Part shown: positions 20,353 to 29,820 of the stretch, piece by piece
Position numbering within the stretch: position 1 is the first letter of the stretch
How the letters are laid out: the number at the start of each line of letters is the position of its first letter
From: a virus
Lineage: Duplodnaviria > Caudoviricetes
Virus record (IMG/VR): IMGVR_UViG_3300030060_008569
Span: 1,862 to 65,861 of that record
Strand: one strand, 5' to 3'
Length of the DNA stretch: 64,000 bases
Made by a program: the position numbers and the translations under genes
Notes under the pieces: generated by a model
Told to the model about the DNA's origin: nothing
Databases searched by the model: none
What the model saw: only the letters and a program-made list of their open reading frames with translations

Positions 20353-21058
20353 TTTTAAGTTCCTCTTCTAAAGCCCCTGCATACATCTGCCACCAAATAG
20401 ATTCTGCGCGTGGATGTGGGTGAGGTGGATAAGAAAATTCTTTAGGGTATGGTTTCCAAGGTTGCCAATCCATTTGTGTGTAGTGCAGTAAACAAGTTTT
20501 TTCTCTATCGTAAGGTTCACAAACAAATTTATTTTTTTGGTCGCTTGCTATACCTCCATCATTGCAGCACCATTTGTGAGGTAATGGATGCCAATATTTT
20601 GAAAGCCTACCTGAGAAATGGCCTATATGCTCTCCATTCTCATTCTTTTTCATCTCTTCCAAAGAGGGCCAATGGGGTAAACTTTTAAACCTTTCGCATT
20701 CGTAAACAATAACATCTGTTCTTTTAGTGTCCAAAGAAGTCCAAACTTTTCCCTCTGGAATTTCTATATTAAATAAATCCTTCGGGTCTTTAAGAAATAT
20801 TTGGTCTACGTCTAAATATATGGCGCGACCTTTAAACCCGTGAACTTCTGGTATTGCAAACCTAAAGTGAGAAAACTTTGTGTACCAATCTTTTTTATTC
20901 CAGCCTTGCCAATTCTCAGCACCTCTGGCTGTATCCATCCACTCTATAACATAAGGAACTGAGCAGTATTTTTTAATGCTATACTCTAATGCTTTTTCCG
21001 CTTTGCTATTGGCCCCGCCATCAGTACCAACGTAAATGTAAACAGTTTCTTCGCTCAT
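20336..21058 (-). CDS. GT-A glycosyltransferase (GT8-like)
   Basis: IYVGTD, T.FS..RF.IP....FKGRAIYLDVD, LLHYT...QPW. Confidence 0.85.
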   Translation of the reverse strand: MSEETVYIYVGTDGGANSKAEKALEYSIKKYCSVPYVIEWMDTARGAENWQGWNKKDWYTKFSHFRFAIPEVHGFKGRAIYLDVDQIFLKDPKDLFNIEIPEGKVWTSLDTKRTDVIVYECERFKSLPHWPSLEEMKKNENGEHIGHFSGRLSKYWHPLPHKWCCNDGGIASDQKNKFVCEPYDREKTCLLHYTQMDWQPWKPYPKEFSYPPHPHPRAESIWWQMYAGALEEELKNGNAL

Positions 21059-21822
21059 AGAATATTATTTCTAATATGTATTCCTTTGTCGTGTTCTATA
21101 TATTCCGAAAGTTCAGAAAAAGGTATTATCTGATTATTTGTCGCATGACCATTTGAATTTGTATGTTTATTTGCACTTTTACCCTCGGCAAAATCATGAA
21201 ACCATTCTTCTGGGCAAGCCTCCGCCAACTTAGTCATCAAATAACCATCATCCCATCTAGTGTGAGTTTTAAAATTGCCAGACAAAAATAAATCCATAAA
21301 ATAGCCATAGAATTTTTGGGGTTTGAGGCTATTGGTATCTATCACGATAAAACCAGAATCAATCGCTGGCCTATCACCTCTCATAAATCCTATTGGTTTG
21401 CCACCCATAAGGCTACGCAACGTATCATCTCCAAAGGGTTTTTTTATTCTTATGTCGCTATCTACAAATATTAAATAGCCCCCAAACTGTTCGCCATACT
21501 CTTTTATGCAAATCGCATGGTGCGCCATTGCTACTTTTTTAAACCATCCAAACCAGCGTTTGTTCCAAAATTCCTCTCCTGATACTTTGTCTGCGTCACC
21601 TCCGAAAGATTTATGAATTACATCTTTATTGGCTTCAAAAACTTTTTTTACATTCATCAATGTGGCGGTGTTTATTGAAGAAACCCACTTGTCGCAGTCT
21701 TTACTAACAAAGTCAACGTAAGTTACAACGCCAGCAAAAGGTAGGTTTTTTCTAATGCTTTTTATTAAACCTCTACCTGAAAATTGGTACTGTTTATCAT
21801 TGAATGTGCTAAATATTGTCAT
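21055..21822 (-). CDS. GT-A glycosyltransferase-like protein
   Basis: KKVA, IFVDSD (DxD), DSGF, WDDGY, HDKG. Confidence 0.7.
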   Translation of the reverse strand: MTIFSTFNDKQYQFSGRGLIKSIRKNLPFAGVVTYVDFVSKDCDKWVSSINTATLMNVKKVFEANKDVIHKSFGGDADKVSGEEFWNKRWFGWFKKVAMAHHAICIKEYGEQFGGYLIFVDSDIRIKKPFGDDTLRSLMGGKPIGFMRGDRPAIDSGFIVIDTNSLKPQKFYGYFMDLFLSGNFKTHTRWDDGYLMTKLAEACPEEWFHDFAEGKSANKHTNSNGHATNNQIIPFSELSEYIEHDKGIHIRNNIL

Positions 21823-22649
21823 TTTAAGTGTTCCCAAGTTTTACCTGAGCGCATCTCCTTTAAAGTCCACTGACTATAAGCTAAATCATAAGCCCACTGT
21901 TGTCTATCATATAATTCTGGGTGTTCTAAATCAACAATTTTATTTGAAACAAACCAAGCCATTGACCCATTATTCCAAGCAAAGATAGGAATACCCTCAA
22001 TAATTGCCTCAACCAAGGAGTTAGAGTTATAACCCACTGCCGCCCAGCAATTTTCCAAATCTTCTTTCAGAGTTTTTTTATTTGAAATAGTCACCCCAGT
22101 TAACGATTCATAAAAGTTGTCTCCAGCAAGAGGGTGTGGTCTAAAAATGATAGGTCTTTCGCTGTACCTTTTAATTTCATTTACAATAAACTGACACCAC
22201 GTTTTGTAATCTATATGCTGAACTGATGTATCCCAAGGCACTTGCCCGCAAATTAATATGTGGTTGCCTTTAGTTCTATAATCTTTTAACTCTACCCCCA
22301 GTGCCTCCCACCTGTCTTTAGGCATACCCACATTCTTAAAGTCAGCCCAGCCATTTTGAGAACCATACCCAACTGAAAAATATTTATCTCTTTTTATATA
22401 ACCCTTTTCAATTACTATAGTTTTTTTATTTTTTAATTTTTGTTCAACGGCTAGTATGTCTCTTATTTTAGTCCATTTAAATTTCTTTTTATATATCCCC
22501 CAAGAAACCGCTATGTCACATTCTTTAAGTTTACAATCGTATTCAATAAAAGAATTTTCATATTTTGAAACACCCCTATACATAGCTTTTAAAGCTAGTC
22601 TATGTTCATCCTGTTGATTAGGAGTATAAAAGAATCCGACTGTTTTCAT
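21819..22649 (-). CDS. capsule polysaccharide biosynthesis (KpsS/KpsC-like) protein
   Basis: IE.GY, ICGQVPWDTS, FRPHP, YNSNSLVEAIIEGIP. Confidence 0.75.
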   Translation of the reverse strand: MKTVGFFYTPNQQDEHRLALKAMYRGVSKYENSFIEYDCKLKECDIAVSWGIYKKKFKWTKIRDILAVEQKLKNKKTIVIEKGYIKRDKYFSVGYGSQNGWADFKNVGMPKDRWEALGVELKDYRTKGNHILICGQVPWDTSVQHIDYKTWCQFIVNEIKRYSERPIIFRPHPLAGDNFYESLTGVTISNKKTLKEDLENCWAAVGYNSNSLVEAIIEGIPIFAWNNGSMAWFVSNKIVDLEHPELYDRQQWAYDLAYSQWTLKEMRSGKTWEHLK

Positions 22650-23227
22650 TAGTCGGTGGGCTTGCCTTGGAAGTCTGATGGGTTTAGCTCGTGAAATTGC
22701 CAATCTGTTTTTTGAGACTCGCTACCATCTCCATCTTTTTGGGAGTTTCCTTCTTCACCTTTCGGGCCGTTTTTCGGCTCCCCTCTTTTAAGTTTACCCA
22801 ATGTGGGCTGACCTTTCTTGAGTTTTGGTATTAAACTTTTTTCAAGTTTTTCGTGCAATTCCCTATTATAATCTAGTGAAAATAATCTAGGTTCTATACC
22901 TTCGTTTGCATAGCCAAAAAACCTACCAATAGTATTAGCTTTATGTTCCTCGGCAGTTTCTAAAAGAACGTAAATCTTTCCGTCAAATTCTTTTAACTTA
23001 TTTGGCTCTTTTATAATTACCCAATGAATCAACACCTTTTCAGGCATATCATCTTGAAGCGCGGGCCAACCTAAAAAGGTATGAATTGTAGTCCAGAATA
23101 TAACTGTAAAAGCGCAGAAAGTTGCGATACAGGCTGTCTTTATATACCACTTAACATTTGATTCGGTAAGTATCCAGAAGCTCAAGCCTCCAAATATTAA
23201 TAATAAAATTGGTAATGCTATATTCAT
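22649..23227 (-). CDS. two-TM membrane protein, putative partner of the MotA/ExbD-like pair
   Basis: Two N-terminal TM helices, LGWP, then soluble domain EPRLFSLDY. Confidence 0.65.
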   Translation of the reverse strand: MNIALPILLLIFGGLSFWILTESNVKWYIKTACIATFCAFTVIFWTTIHTFLGWPALQDDMPEKVLIHWVIIKEPNKLKEFDGKIYVLLETAEEHKANTIGRFFGYANEGIEPRLFSLDYNRELHEKLEKSLIPKLKKGQPTLGKLKRGEPKNGPKGEEGNSQKDGDGSESQKTDWQFHELNPSDFQGKPTD

Positions 23228-23470
23228 TTCTTGTTCTCCATTATCCAATGATACAAGGTGCTACTTCCATGTCCGTAACCATAAGGTAGCGGGCGATAAT
23301 CCTTTGTCTGCATCTCTGGCGGCTTTCCCCACTTGGCAGGGAAAGGTTTGCCACTTGGACTATAATATGTAGTTGGCTCGCAGTCTAAACAGCAGCACCC
23401 AACTAAATAAAAACTCATTATTAATATGGTATTTTTAAGCATCATCAGATTCAAATAATTTTTGCAATCT

Positions 23471-23938
23471 TCATCTTGCATGGTTGACCTTCATTCCCAA
23501 CCTAGAGACACTAATAAATGCCAGCAAACGCTCCCAACTTTTCTCTACATTATCATCCGTGTTCATATTTACGTCAGGATTCCCTATTTCAAAATTTTCA
23601 ACGTGATACTCTTTTCTTAACACCCTGTTAGACTGCAACAAAATTTCAATTACCTGACCCATGTTGTGTTGTTTTAGTTCCGCCCTTAAATGCTGATAAG
23701 GGTTTACTAAACTCATAATTACATGTCCATCGGGGTTAGTTTTTTTATTTAAATAGGTTGCAACGGCATTTGCATTTCTAATATTTAGCTCACGACCATC
23801 CTTGCCGTAATTCAAATTTGAAAACATTGCCCTAAACTCGTCGCCGTCTATAACAAAAGGGGTTTCAAAATGTTCTGCAAGCAAATTTCCTAAAGTAGTT
23901 TTGCCAGAAGCGGGCTGACCATATAAAACATAAATCAT
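23471..23938 (-). CDS. cysC: adenylylsulfate kinase-like P-loop kinase
   Basis: LYGQPASGKTT, IDGDEFR, Y..DGR..NI, SLVNPY...R. Confidence 0.75.
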   Translation of the reverse strand: MIYVLYGQPASGKTTLGNLLAEHFETPFVIDGDEFRAMFSNLNYGKDGRELNIRNANAVATYLNKKTNPDGHVIMSLVNPYQHLRAELKQHNMGQVIEILLQSNRVLRKEYHVENFEIGNPDVNMNTDDNVEKSWERLLAFISVSRLGMKVNHAR

Positions 23939-23941
23939 TTC

Positions 23942-24532
23942 TTATCTTAAGGAGTTTACTAATTTTGCGGGCAACTCATTAGTTTCTAAAACATTTCCAA
24001 GGTCATCTGTTTTAAATCTAAAAGCAGTCTTTTCCTGTCCGGTAGATTCAAACATTATTTCTTTTTTAACAATCTCTTTGTAGGGTTTTACTTTTATTAA
24101 AGTAATAGTAGCCTTAACAGGTGCGTCATCCATTTTTGAATAAACGTGGACAGTAACTATGTTTTCTCCTTGTATGACACCTCTAAAAGAAACAACCTCT
24201 TCATTGTAATTTACAACAGTTCCCGCCACGCCTTGTCCTAAACTGTTATTTCTACTTTTACCTAAAGCATCATGGTCTAAGCTAATTAAACTTCCATCTC
24301 CACCTTCCCTATTATTAAAGCTGACTATATGACCTGATGCAGCTTTAACATAAATATCTAAATCATCATTACTTTCCCCATCCCAAGTTAAGACAACCTC
24401 ATAAATAACATTGGGTGGCCTAGCCTTAGTCTTTTCCTCCTCGGTTTTTAAAAGAAATAAAATTGCCACCAACATCAGAAGGCAACAAAACAATACATCA
24501 ATAAACGGCCTAAATGAAAAGAACCTCCTCAT
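23942..24532 (-). CDS. ExbD/TolR/MotB-like single-TM protein with YfaP/DUF2135-like soluble domain
   Basis: PFIDVLF TM carrying the conserved Asp; V.LTW....DLDIYV and LDHD motifs. Confidence 0.65.
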   Translation of the reverse strand: MRRFFSFRPFIDVLFCCLLMLVAILFLLKTEEEKTKARPPNVIYEVVLTWDGESNDDLDIYVKAASGHIVSFNNREGGDGSLISLDHDALGKSRNNSLGQGVAGTVVNYNEEVVSFRGVIQGENIVTVHVYSKMDDAPVKATITLIKVKPYKEIVKKEIMFESTGQEKTAFRFKTDDLGNVLETNELPAKLVNSLR

Positions 24533-24756
24533 CCGTCATCACCTATCGCCTCTACTGGACAGTTTTCCAAAGCCTCTGCACAAAGGTCTGCTTCACCCTG
24601 CTCTTCAGGCTGCTTGTAAACGTAAGAATAGCCATCCTCATGGTTGGTGAAGTTGTCTGGTGCTAGTTCACGGCATAAATTACAATCAATACACTCAGTA
24701 TCGACATAGAACTTACCAGCTACATTATCTTCGTATTTATCTTCTTTAGCTGCCAT
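24529..24756 (-). CDS. ferredoxin (single Fe-S cluster)
   Basis: GKFYVDTECIDCNLC...APDNF...CPVEAI. Confidence 0.92.
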   Translation of the reverse strand: MAAKEDKYEDNVAGKFYVDTECIDCNLCRELAPDNFTNHEDGYSYVYKQPEEQGEADLCAEALENCPVEAIGDDG

Positions 24757-25231
24757 TTGAATTTTCCTCTAACTTAAACTTTAATATCATAAGTTGAACT
24801 TGCAAGGGTAAACTAAAAATAATGCCACAAATTGTTGTGTAAAAGGCGGTATTTAACCCCTCTTTCAGCCCCGCAACGATTTCAGAAGTAGGCATGGAAC
24901 TGTCCAAGCTACCTTTTGTTGCTATCACCAAACCAATAATTGTACCTAAAAGTCCCAAAGAAAAGAAATGCTCCGCCGTAAACCAGCCCATGTCTGCCCT
25001 TTTTGTTAAATAAGTTACAGCCTCTTTCTTCTTTCTTTTATTTATCTTATCTGATAAGAAACATAACCTTCCAACATATAAAGACATAATTACATATAAA
25101 GACATAATTAGAATTGAAAGATGAGAAAGGTCGTTTGTTATTATTTCGCTGATTATTTTATTTTGCTCTGCAAAGAATATAGCAGTAGCTACAATAGCAT
25201 TTAAAAGGAACCATTTGGTAAAAGTGTTCAT
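24746..25231 (-). CDS. MotA/TolQ/ExbB proton-channel family protein
   Basis: Four TMs; LGLLGTIIGL and GLNTAFYTTICG match the family's last two TM helices. Confidence 0.8.
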   Translation of the reverse strand: MNTFTKWFLLNAIVATAIFFAEQNKIISEIITNDLSHLSILIMSLYVIMSLYVGRLCFLSDKINKRKKKEAVTYLTKRADMGWFTAEHFFSLGLLGTIIGLVIATKGSLDSSMPTSEIVAGLKEGLNTAFYTTICGIIFSLPLQVQLMILKFKLEENSNGS

Positions 25232-25243
25232 GGTATTTCTTTA

Positions 25244-26083
25244 TTATTTACACCATTCTTTTACAATATTTTTAATTACAAAGGCTAAATTCTTCCATTC
25301 TTTAAGTCTCCGTAGAGTATAGGGGAGCCAATTTTCGCCAAAAGGCACATATATTCTAACTTTATGACCTTTATTTTTGTAATTTTCCTGCAAATCTCTT
25401 CTTATTCCGTATAAAAATTCGTAGTCAAAAAACTTGGGATTCGGGATTAGCTCCTCTATATCTTCTAACAACTCTTCGTCATGGGTAGCTATGGCTGGTT
25501 TATTTGCCTTATTTGCGTACAAACTTGCAGCATAGTTATAAAAACAGCCACTAATATCAAAATAGTGTTGGTAAGCTATTTTTTCACTCTCCTTGTACGC
25601 CCCTTTAACCAAGCGAACCGATATGTTACTTTTTATAAGTTTTTGCAGGTCAACTGCGGTTCTTAAAAGGTTGGCTTGAATGGCAACGCCAACATTTCCG
25701 AACCTTTTATTTAAAAGGATGGCTAAGTCTATGGTTATATCGGTCACACGCGAATCTTCCATATCTAAACGAATTGTATGGCCTTTTTTATTTGCAAGTT
25801 TTGCTATGAAGGCCATGAGGCCAATAGCCATTTTCGGATTTATATGTACGCCTAATTGTGAAGGCTTTATAGATATATCAATTTTTTCATTTGAAAAAGA
25901 ATTTATAATTCTTATGTATTGATGTTTCGCTTTGTAACAGTCTAACGAGTTTTTACTTTCTTCCCCCACATAATCAACAGACACTTCGTAACCATCTTCA
26001 ATCAGTTTATTTATTACTGGCTTGGCCGATTCAAGGGTGTGACCAGCAATAAACCTCTTTGCCAGTGGATACAAAAATCTCAT
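25244..26083 (-). CDS. monofunctional proline dehydrogenase
   Basis: RFIAG, D.VGE, SIKPSQLG, RLDMED, IQA.L.R, VRLVKGAY.E, IATHD, LYGIR, IYVPFG..W.PY..RRL.E. Confidence 0.93.
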   Translation of the reverse strand: MRFLYPLAKRFIAGHTLESAKPVINKLIEDGYEVSVDYVGEESKNSLDCYKAKHQYIRIINSFSNEKIDISIKPSQLGVHINPKMAIGLMAFIAKLANKKGHTIRLDMEDSRVTDITIDLAILLNKRFGNVGVAIQANLLRTAVDLQKLIKSNISVRLVKGAYKESEKIAYQHYFDISGCFYNYAASLYANKANKPAIATHDEELLEDIEELIPNPKFFDYEFLYGIRRDLQENYKNKGHKVRIYVPFGENWLPYTLRRLKEWKNLAFVIKNIVKEWCK

Positions 26084-27015
26084 TTTAATTGATTCCTCAA
26101 GTAAAGATTGTAAACTAAAATTCCAATAGCAATATCTTCTAGTGATACTCCAGTAGAATCAAAGACAGATACTCCCGCCTCTAAACTAATTTGCTTGTTG
26201 TTTTTAATAACGTGTCGCAAAGACCAAGTGTTCAAGTCTTGCCCAAATCTATATTGCAATTCTCCAGAATGAAACGCTTGAGCAGGGTCATCACATATTA
26301 TATTTGAAGCTCCAGCAATTACATTTTTCATAAGTTCCCTTTTTCCTACTGCATCTGCACCTACTGCATTAACATGACAGTTATCTTTTAGGTAATTAAA
26401 ATCTAAATATGGCTCTGTAGATGGAGTAAGTGTTGTTACCAAGTCTGCTTGCCTGACAGCTTCTTTTACGTTTGATGGGTATTTAATTACATTTAAACTT
26501 TTTGGAATCTTATCAGCAAGTTTTTGAATTGCTTCTTCGTTTTTATCGTAAAGAGAAACTGTTTTAATATCTGGGAAAACGCTCCTGTAAGCTAAAAAAT
26601 GATAGTAAGCCTGAAGGCCGCAGCCGACAAATGCAATTTCTCTTATATTATTTGGCAAACAATACTTAGCAGCTATGGCCGAGGTGGCCGCAGTTCTATA
26701 AGCAGTAAGGGTGGTGCAATCCATAGCCATTAATGGCTGACCCGTCTCTCTATCGTTAAGAAGAAGTGTTCCTAGTGTTGTTGGTAAAGAGTTAACTAAA
26801 TGATTGTTTGGATAAACCCCAATCCATTTTAAGCAAGCATAATCTCCTAAAGCCGCTGGCATTGCACGAAAATCTCCTTGTGTGTGAGTATCTAGGTAAA
26901 TCTTGGGAACCATCTTTGCAGACTCATCTAGGAAAGCGCTTTCGATAGAAGGTATTATTTTACCCCACTCTTTGTCGAGTAAGTGTGCAACTCCCAAGTC
27001 GTTTAATTGCTTCAC
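26080..27015 (-). CDS. ornithine cyclodeaminase / mu-crystallin family protein
   Basis: FRAMPA, KW.GV.P.N, LTAYRTAA.SA.AA, G.G.QA, HVNAVGAD..GKREL, FDSTG.SLED. Confidence 0.9.
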   Translation of the reverse strand: MKQLNDLGVAHLLDKEWGKIIPSIESAFLDESAKMVPKIYLDTHTQGDFRAMPAALGDYACLKWIGVYPNNHLVNSLPTTLGTLLLNDRETGQPLMAMDCTTLTAYRTAATSAIAAKYCLPNNIREIAFVGCGLQAYYHFLAYRSVFPDIKTVSLYDKNEEAIQKLADKIPKSLNVIKYPSNVKEAVRQADLVTTLTPSTEPYLDFNYLKDNCHVNAVGADAVGKRELMKNVIAGASNIICDDPAQAFHSGELQYRFGQDLNTWSLRHVIKNNKQISLEAGVSVFDSTGVSLEDIAIGILVYNLYLRNQLK

Positions 27016-27192
27016 GATTTGTACCTCTTATAGCCCCACCAACTATTTCTTAATTTAAATTCTAAATTGGTGGCTTCGGCCCACTTTCCCTCTGTTTTAA
27101 GTAATCTAACTTTATTTTCTGTAGCTCTAATTTTGCGCGTAAAATATTTTCGCAGCCAGTATGCGGGAACCCAAGGGGGTAAATAATTTTCT

Positions 27193-27630
27193 TCACTCAT
27201 TTTGCCAGTGCCTATTAATATTATTTACACTTGCATTTCCTAAATGCCACACCTGACAATTGAATTTCCCTAATTCGGGCCAATCCATTACATTTTGTAT
27301 TAAAAATACGTTATTTAACTTTTCATTATCGTATACATGAGTATAGATGCACTCCATTTTGCATTCGGAGTCTTCTAATACTTTAACAATAATTGAAGGC
27401 TCTATATTTAAAAAGCCACCGAAAACTCTTGCAACAAATTTATCAGAATATTTTGGGCCTTTAACGAATTTTATTTGCTGCAAATCAGAACCTTTAGCAG
27501 CGGTTCCATTACACACTAAGATAGGGGAAAATTTATTATGAAATGAATCAAACTTTTCAAAAAACAAATCAGTTACGTCACCGTTGAATATGTAAGTTTG
27601 TTTGTTCACGAATCCTTCTGGCTCTTTCAC
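27193..27630 (-). CDS. hypothetical protein
   Basis: 145-aa ORF. Confidence 0.6.
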   Translation of the reverse strand: MKEPEGFVNKQTYIFNGDVTDLFFEKFDSFHNKFSPILVCNGTAAKGSDLQQIKFVKGPKYSDKFVARVFGGFLNIEPSIIVKVLEDSECKMECIYTHVYDNEKLNNVFLIQNVMDWPELGKFNCQVWHLGNASVNNINRHWQNE

Positions 27631-27686
27631 AAGCGAGACTTTTTTTGAGTCTTTTATTTTCAGACTCTAAAGAATTTATTTTAGAC

Positions 27687-28222
27687 TTAATCTTTCTGTC
27701 CATTGTGGTACGCTTGCGCTTCATCATAGTCTGTATAGTCTCTTCTGGTTGTGTATGTTTTACCCCTGAGAGGCTTGCCTTTGTAATAAAGCTCTCTTTG
27801 CCTTGCACTACTTAACCATTCAAAAGTTTCTGTTCTTGGTCGTATGCAAGCATCCTTTTCTTTTTGCCTCTCTTGGCACTTGGTATAATTCTCCTCGGCT
27901 TCAATATGTTCTAGATAAATTTCAAATATTTTATCTACGCGATTTTTATTTGGAGCCAACCACCAAGTAAGTTTAAATAAAATTTTAAATAAAAAGACTC
28001 TCATACCCCACCACTTTCCCACTCTGATGAAACATCTTCTTCGTCGCTCCCCTCTCCATAAGCGTAATCTAAAAATTGCCTAGTAATTATTTCAACTGGA
28101 TACAACCCGCCCTCTATTTCTGTTCTAAATTCGGCGGCGCACCTTTCGGCAGCATCCCTTTCTTTAAAGAATCCTGCGCTACGTCCTCTATGGGTAATCT
28201 CATAAAATACTTCTTTTTTCAC
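27687..28222 (-). CDS. two small hypothetical proteins (27687-28022, 28001-28222)
   Basis: Co-oriented overlapping ORFs. Confidence 0.55.
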
Positions 28223-28223
28223 A

Positions 28224-28793
28224 TTATGCGCTTTCTATTTTATTAAAATCAGAATATGGCGGCTTGGCTTGCCATTGAACCTGCCTACCATTTTCATTAT
28301 ACCAATGGTGGGCAATGTGTATCTCCACTTCTTTTGTAGGCTTGAACCGATACGCTCCAGCGACAAGCTGGGGGCTGTCGTTTGTATCGTTTTCAGACCT
28401 AATTACATGATAGACATCATAAATAGAATCTATCACATCGGTGTCATCTCTATCTCTGATATGGGAATCAATAAAGTTTTCCGCCGCTTCCAAAGACGGA
28501 AAGTGCAATTTTCCGCCATCCATGAAGCCATGATAAACAGTCTCTTGCTCCTGTTCAAAAGTCATGTACTCTCTTTCGGGTGCGAAAGAATCAGAAGTGT
28601 TTTTACTAAAGACCCACTGGCCCTGCCCACGCTCGTAACAATAAACCCTGTAATTCCAATTAAAGCCAACCTCTCCGGTTTCCCCCTCGTGCCCCTTCGG
28701 GTCTTGCTCCCCCTCTTCGTATTGACAAGTCACCGTCCAAGTGGTTAAAGCTCCCATAACAGAGGCCCCTTTAATAAAATCCCTTCTATTCAT
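28224..28793 (-). CDS. hypothetical protein with twin-arginine (Tat)-like N-terminus
   Basis: MNRRDFIKGASVMGAL; promoter TTGACT-17-TATAAT at 28801-28829. Confidence 0.65.
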   Translation of the reverse strand: MNRRDFIKGASVMGALTTWTVTCQYEEGEQDPKGHEGETGEVGFNWNYRVYCYERGQGQWVFSKNTSDSFAPEREYMTFEQEQETVYHGFMDGGKLHFPSLEAAENFIDSHIRDRDDTDVIDSIYDVYHVIRSENDTNDSPQLVAGAYRFKPTKEVEIHIAHHWYNENGRQVQWQAKPPYSDFNKIESA

Positions 28794-29016
28794 TACTAAT
28801 ATTATATTTGGGTTTTTTTAGAAAGTCAAAATAAAAAAGCATCGTTAGTATCTGGAGGGAAGAAAACAATGAAAACCTCCTGAGAAATCTAACGATAACT
28901 TTTAGGTTTACTGAGTGTTCAATGCGGGTGGAAGACCTAATTACCCAGAGTATTGAAGCAATTAGGAAAAGTACCCTGTCCGTAGCTCTCTTACGGCTCT
29001 ATTCTCAGAAATTAAT

Positions 29017-29180
29017 GGGAAGGAGGGTTCTCATTTACCTCCATCGTTTTGGGGTCACAGCTTGAGTTTCAAGTCAAAACCCTACTTTGAGCCAACCCTC
29101 ATCAGCCCCCAGACTTGGTATGTCCTGCTAATGAGCATTGCACGTTAACTGCCGCGACAGCAGTTTATTCCGTCATTCCC
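29017..29180 (-). ncRNA. structured ncRNA, possibly related to the phage manA RNA motif
   Basis: Ends pair (GGGAA/TTCCC); 5' GGGAATGACGGAATAAAC; internal hairpins; 3' GGAGG-TAAATGAGAAC-CCTCC hairpin; no ORF. Confidence 0.5.
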
Positions 29181-29210
29181 TTTGCCGCTCCGTCGAGCAG
29201 CAAAATTATT

Positions 29211-29555
29211 TTAAAGAACAAAAATCTTAGAGTCTTCTAAGAAAAGTTTTAAATGATATTGCTTGGGGAGTGCTTTCTTAGTTCTTGAATCAAAGAACCT
29301 AAAGCCATTTTCCTTGCAATTATCTACATACACTTGCTGTTTCCATTTTGGTCTTGGAGTCTTCTTTTGCTCCAAGGCGTTGACCTCATCTAAGTCTACA
29401 GCCCCTTTTAGCCATCCGCCTTTTTCAAAGGAGCTGAAGGTCATACTAAAAGCGTGACTCTTCTTTAGTCTATGCTTGTTTCCGCGATAGCTTTCCTTAA
29501 AGCCCTTAATTTGTATGGACTTTTTCTTCGGGATGTATTTTGCTATTACGTTCAC
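29211..29555 (-). CDS. hypothetical basic protein
   Basis: GTG start; promoter at 29565-29593. Confidence 0.65.
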   Translation of the reverse strand: MNVIAKYIPKKKSIQIKGFKESYRGNKHRLKKSHAFSMTFSSFEKGGWLKGAVDLDEVNALEQKKTPRPKWKQQVYVDNCKENGFRFFDSRTKKALPKQYHLKLFLEDSKIFVL

Positions 29556-29820
29556 TGTACAATTACTATATCACATTTTTGATTCGGAGTCAAGCTTTAA
29601 TTGCTTCTGGTGTTCATTTTGTGAATGTTCCAGAAACCAAGAATACTTGGAACCCACAGGCCAACATAAATGCCCGCCTCTTTTGAACCGTTAAACCAGA
29701 GTAAAACACTGGCGGTTAAACTTGCAATACTTGCTACGAGATAAACTACATCTAATTTGTTCATGGTGATATTACTATATCAGAGTTTTGATTCGGTGTC
29801 AAGAACTTTTTAGTTATTAT

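Noticed and set aside
23942-25231. Calling the MotA/MotB-like pair a Zorya defence system
   Set aside because: The A subunit lacks the long ZorA tail, the B subunit lacks an OmpA-like domain, and there are no zorC/D/E genes
29066-29106. CTGATGAG...GAAAC on the minus strand, suggesting a hammerhead ribozyme
   Set aside because: I could not build stem II closing directly onto GAAA, or stems I/III with a proper cleavage triplet
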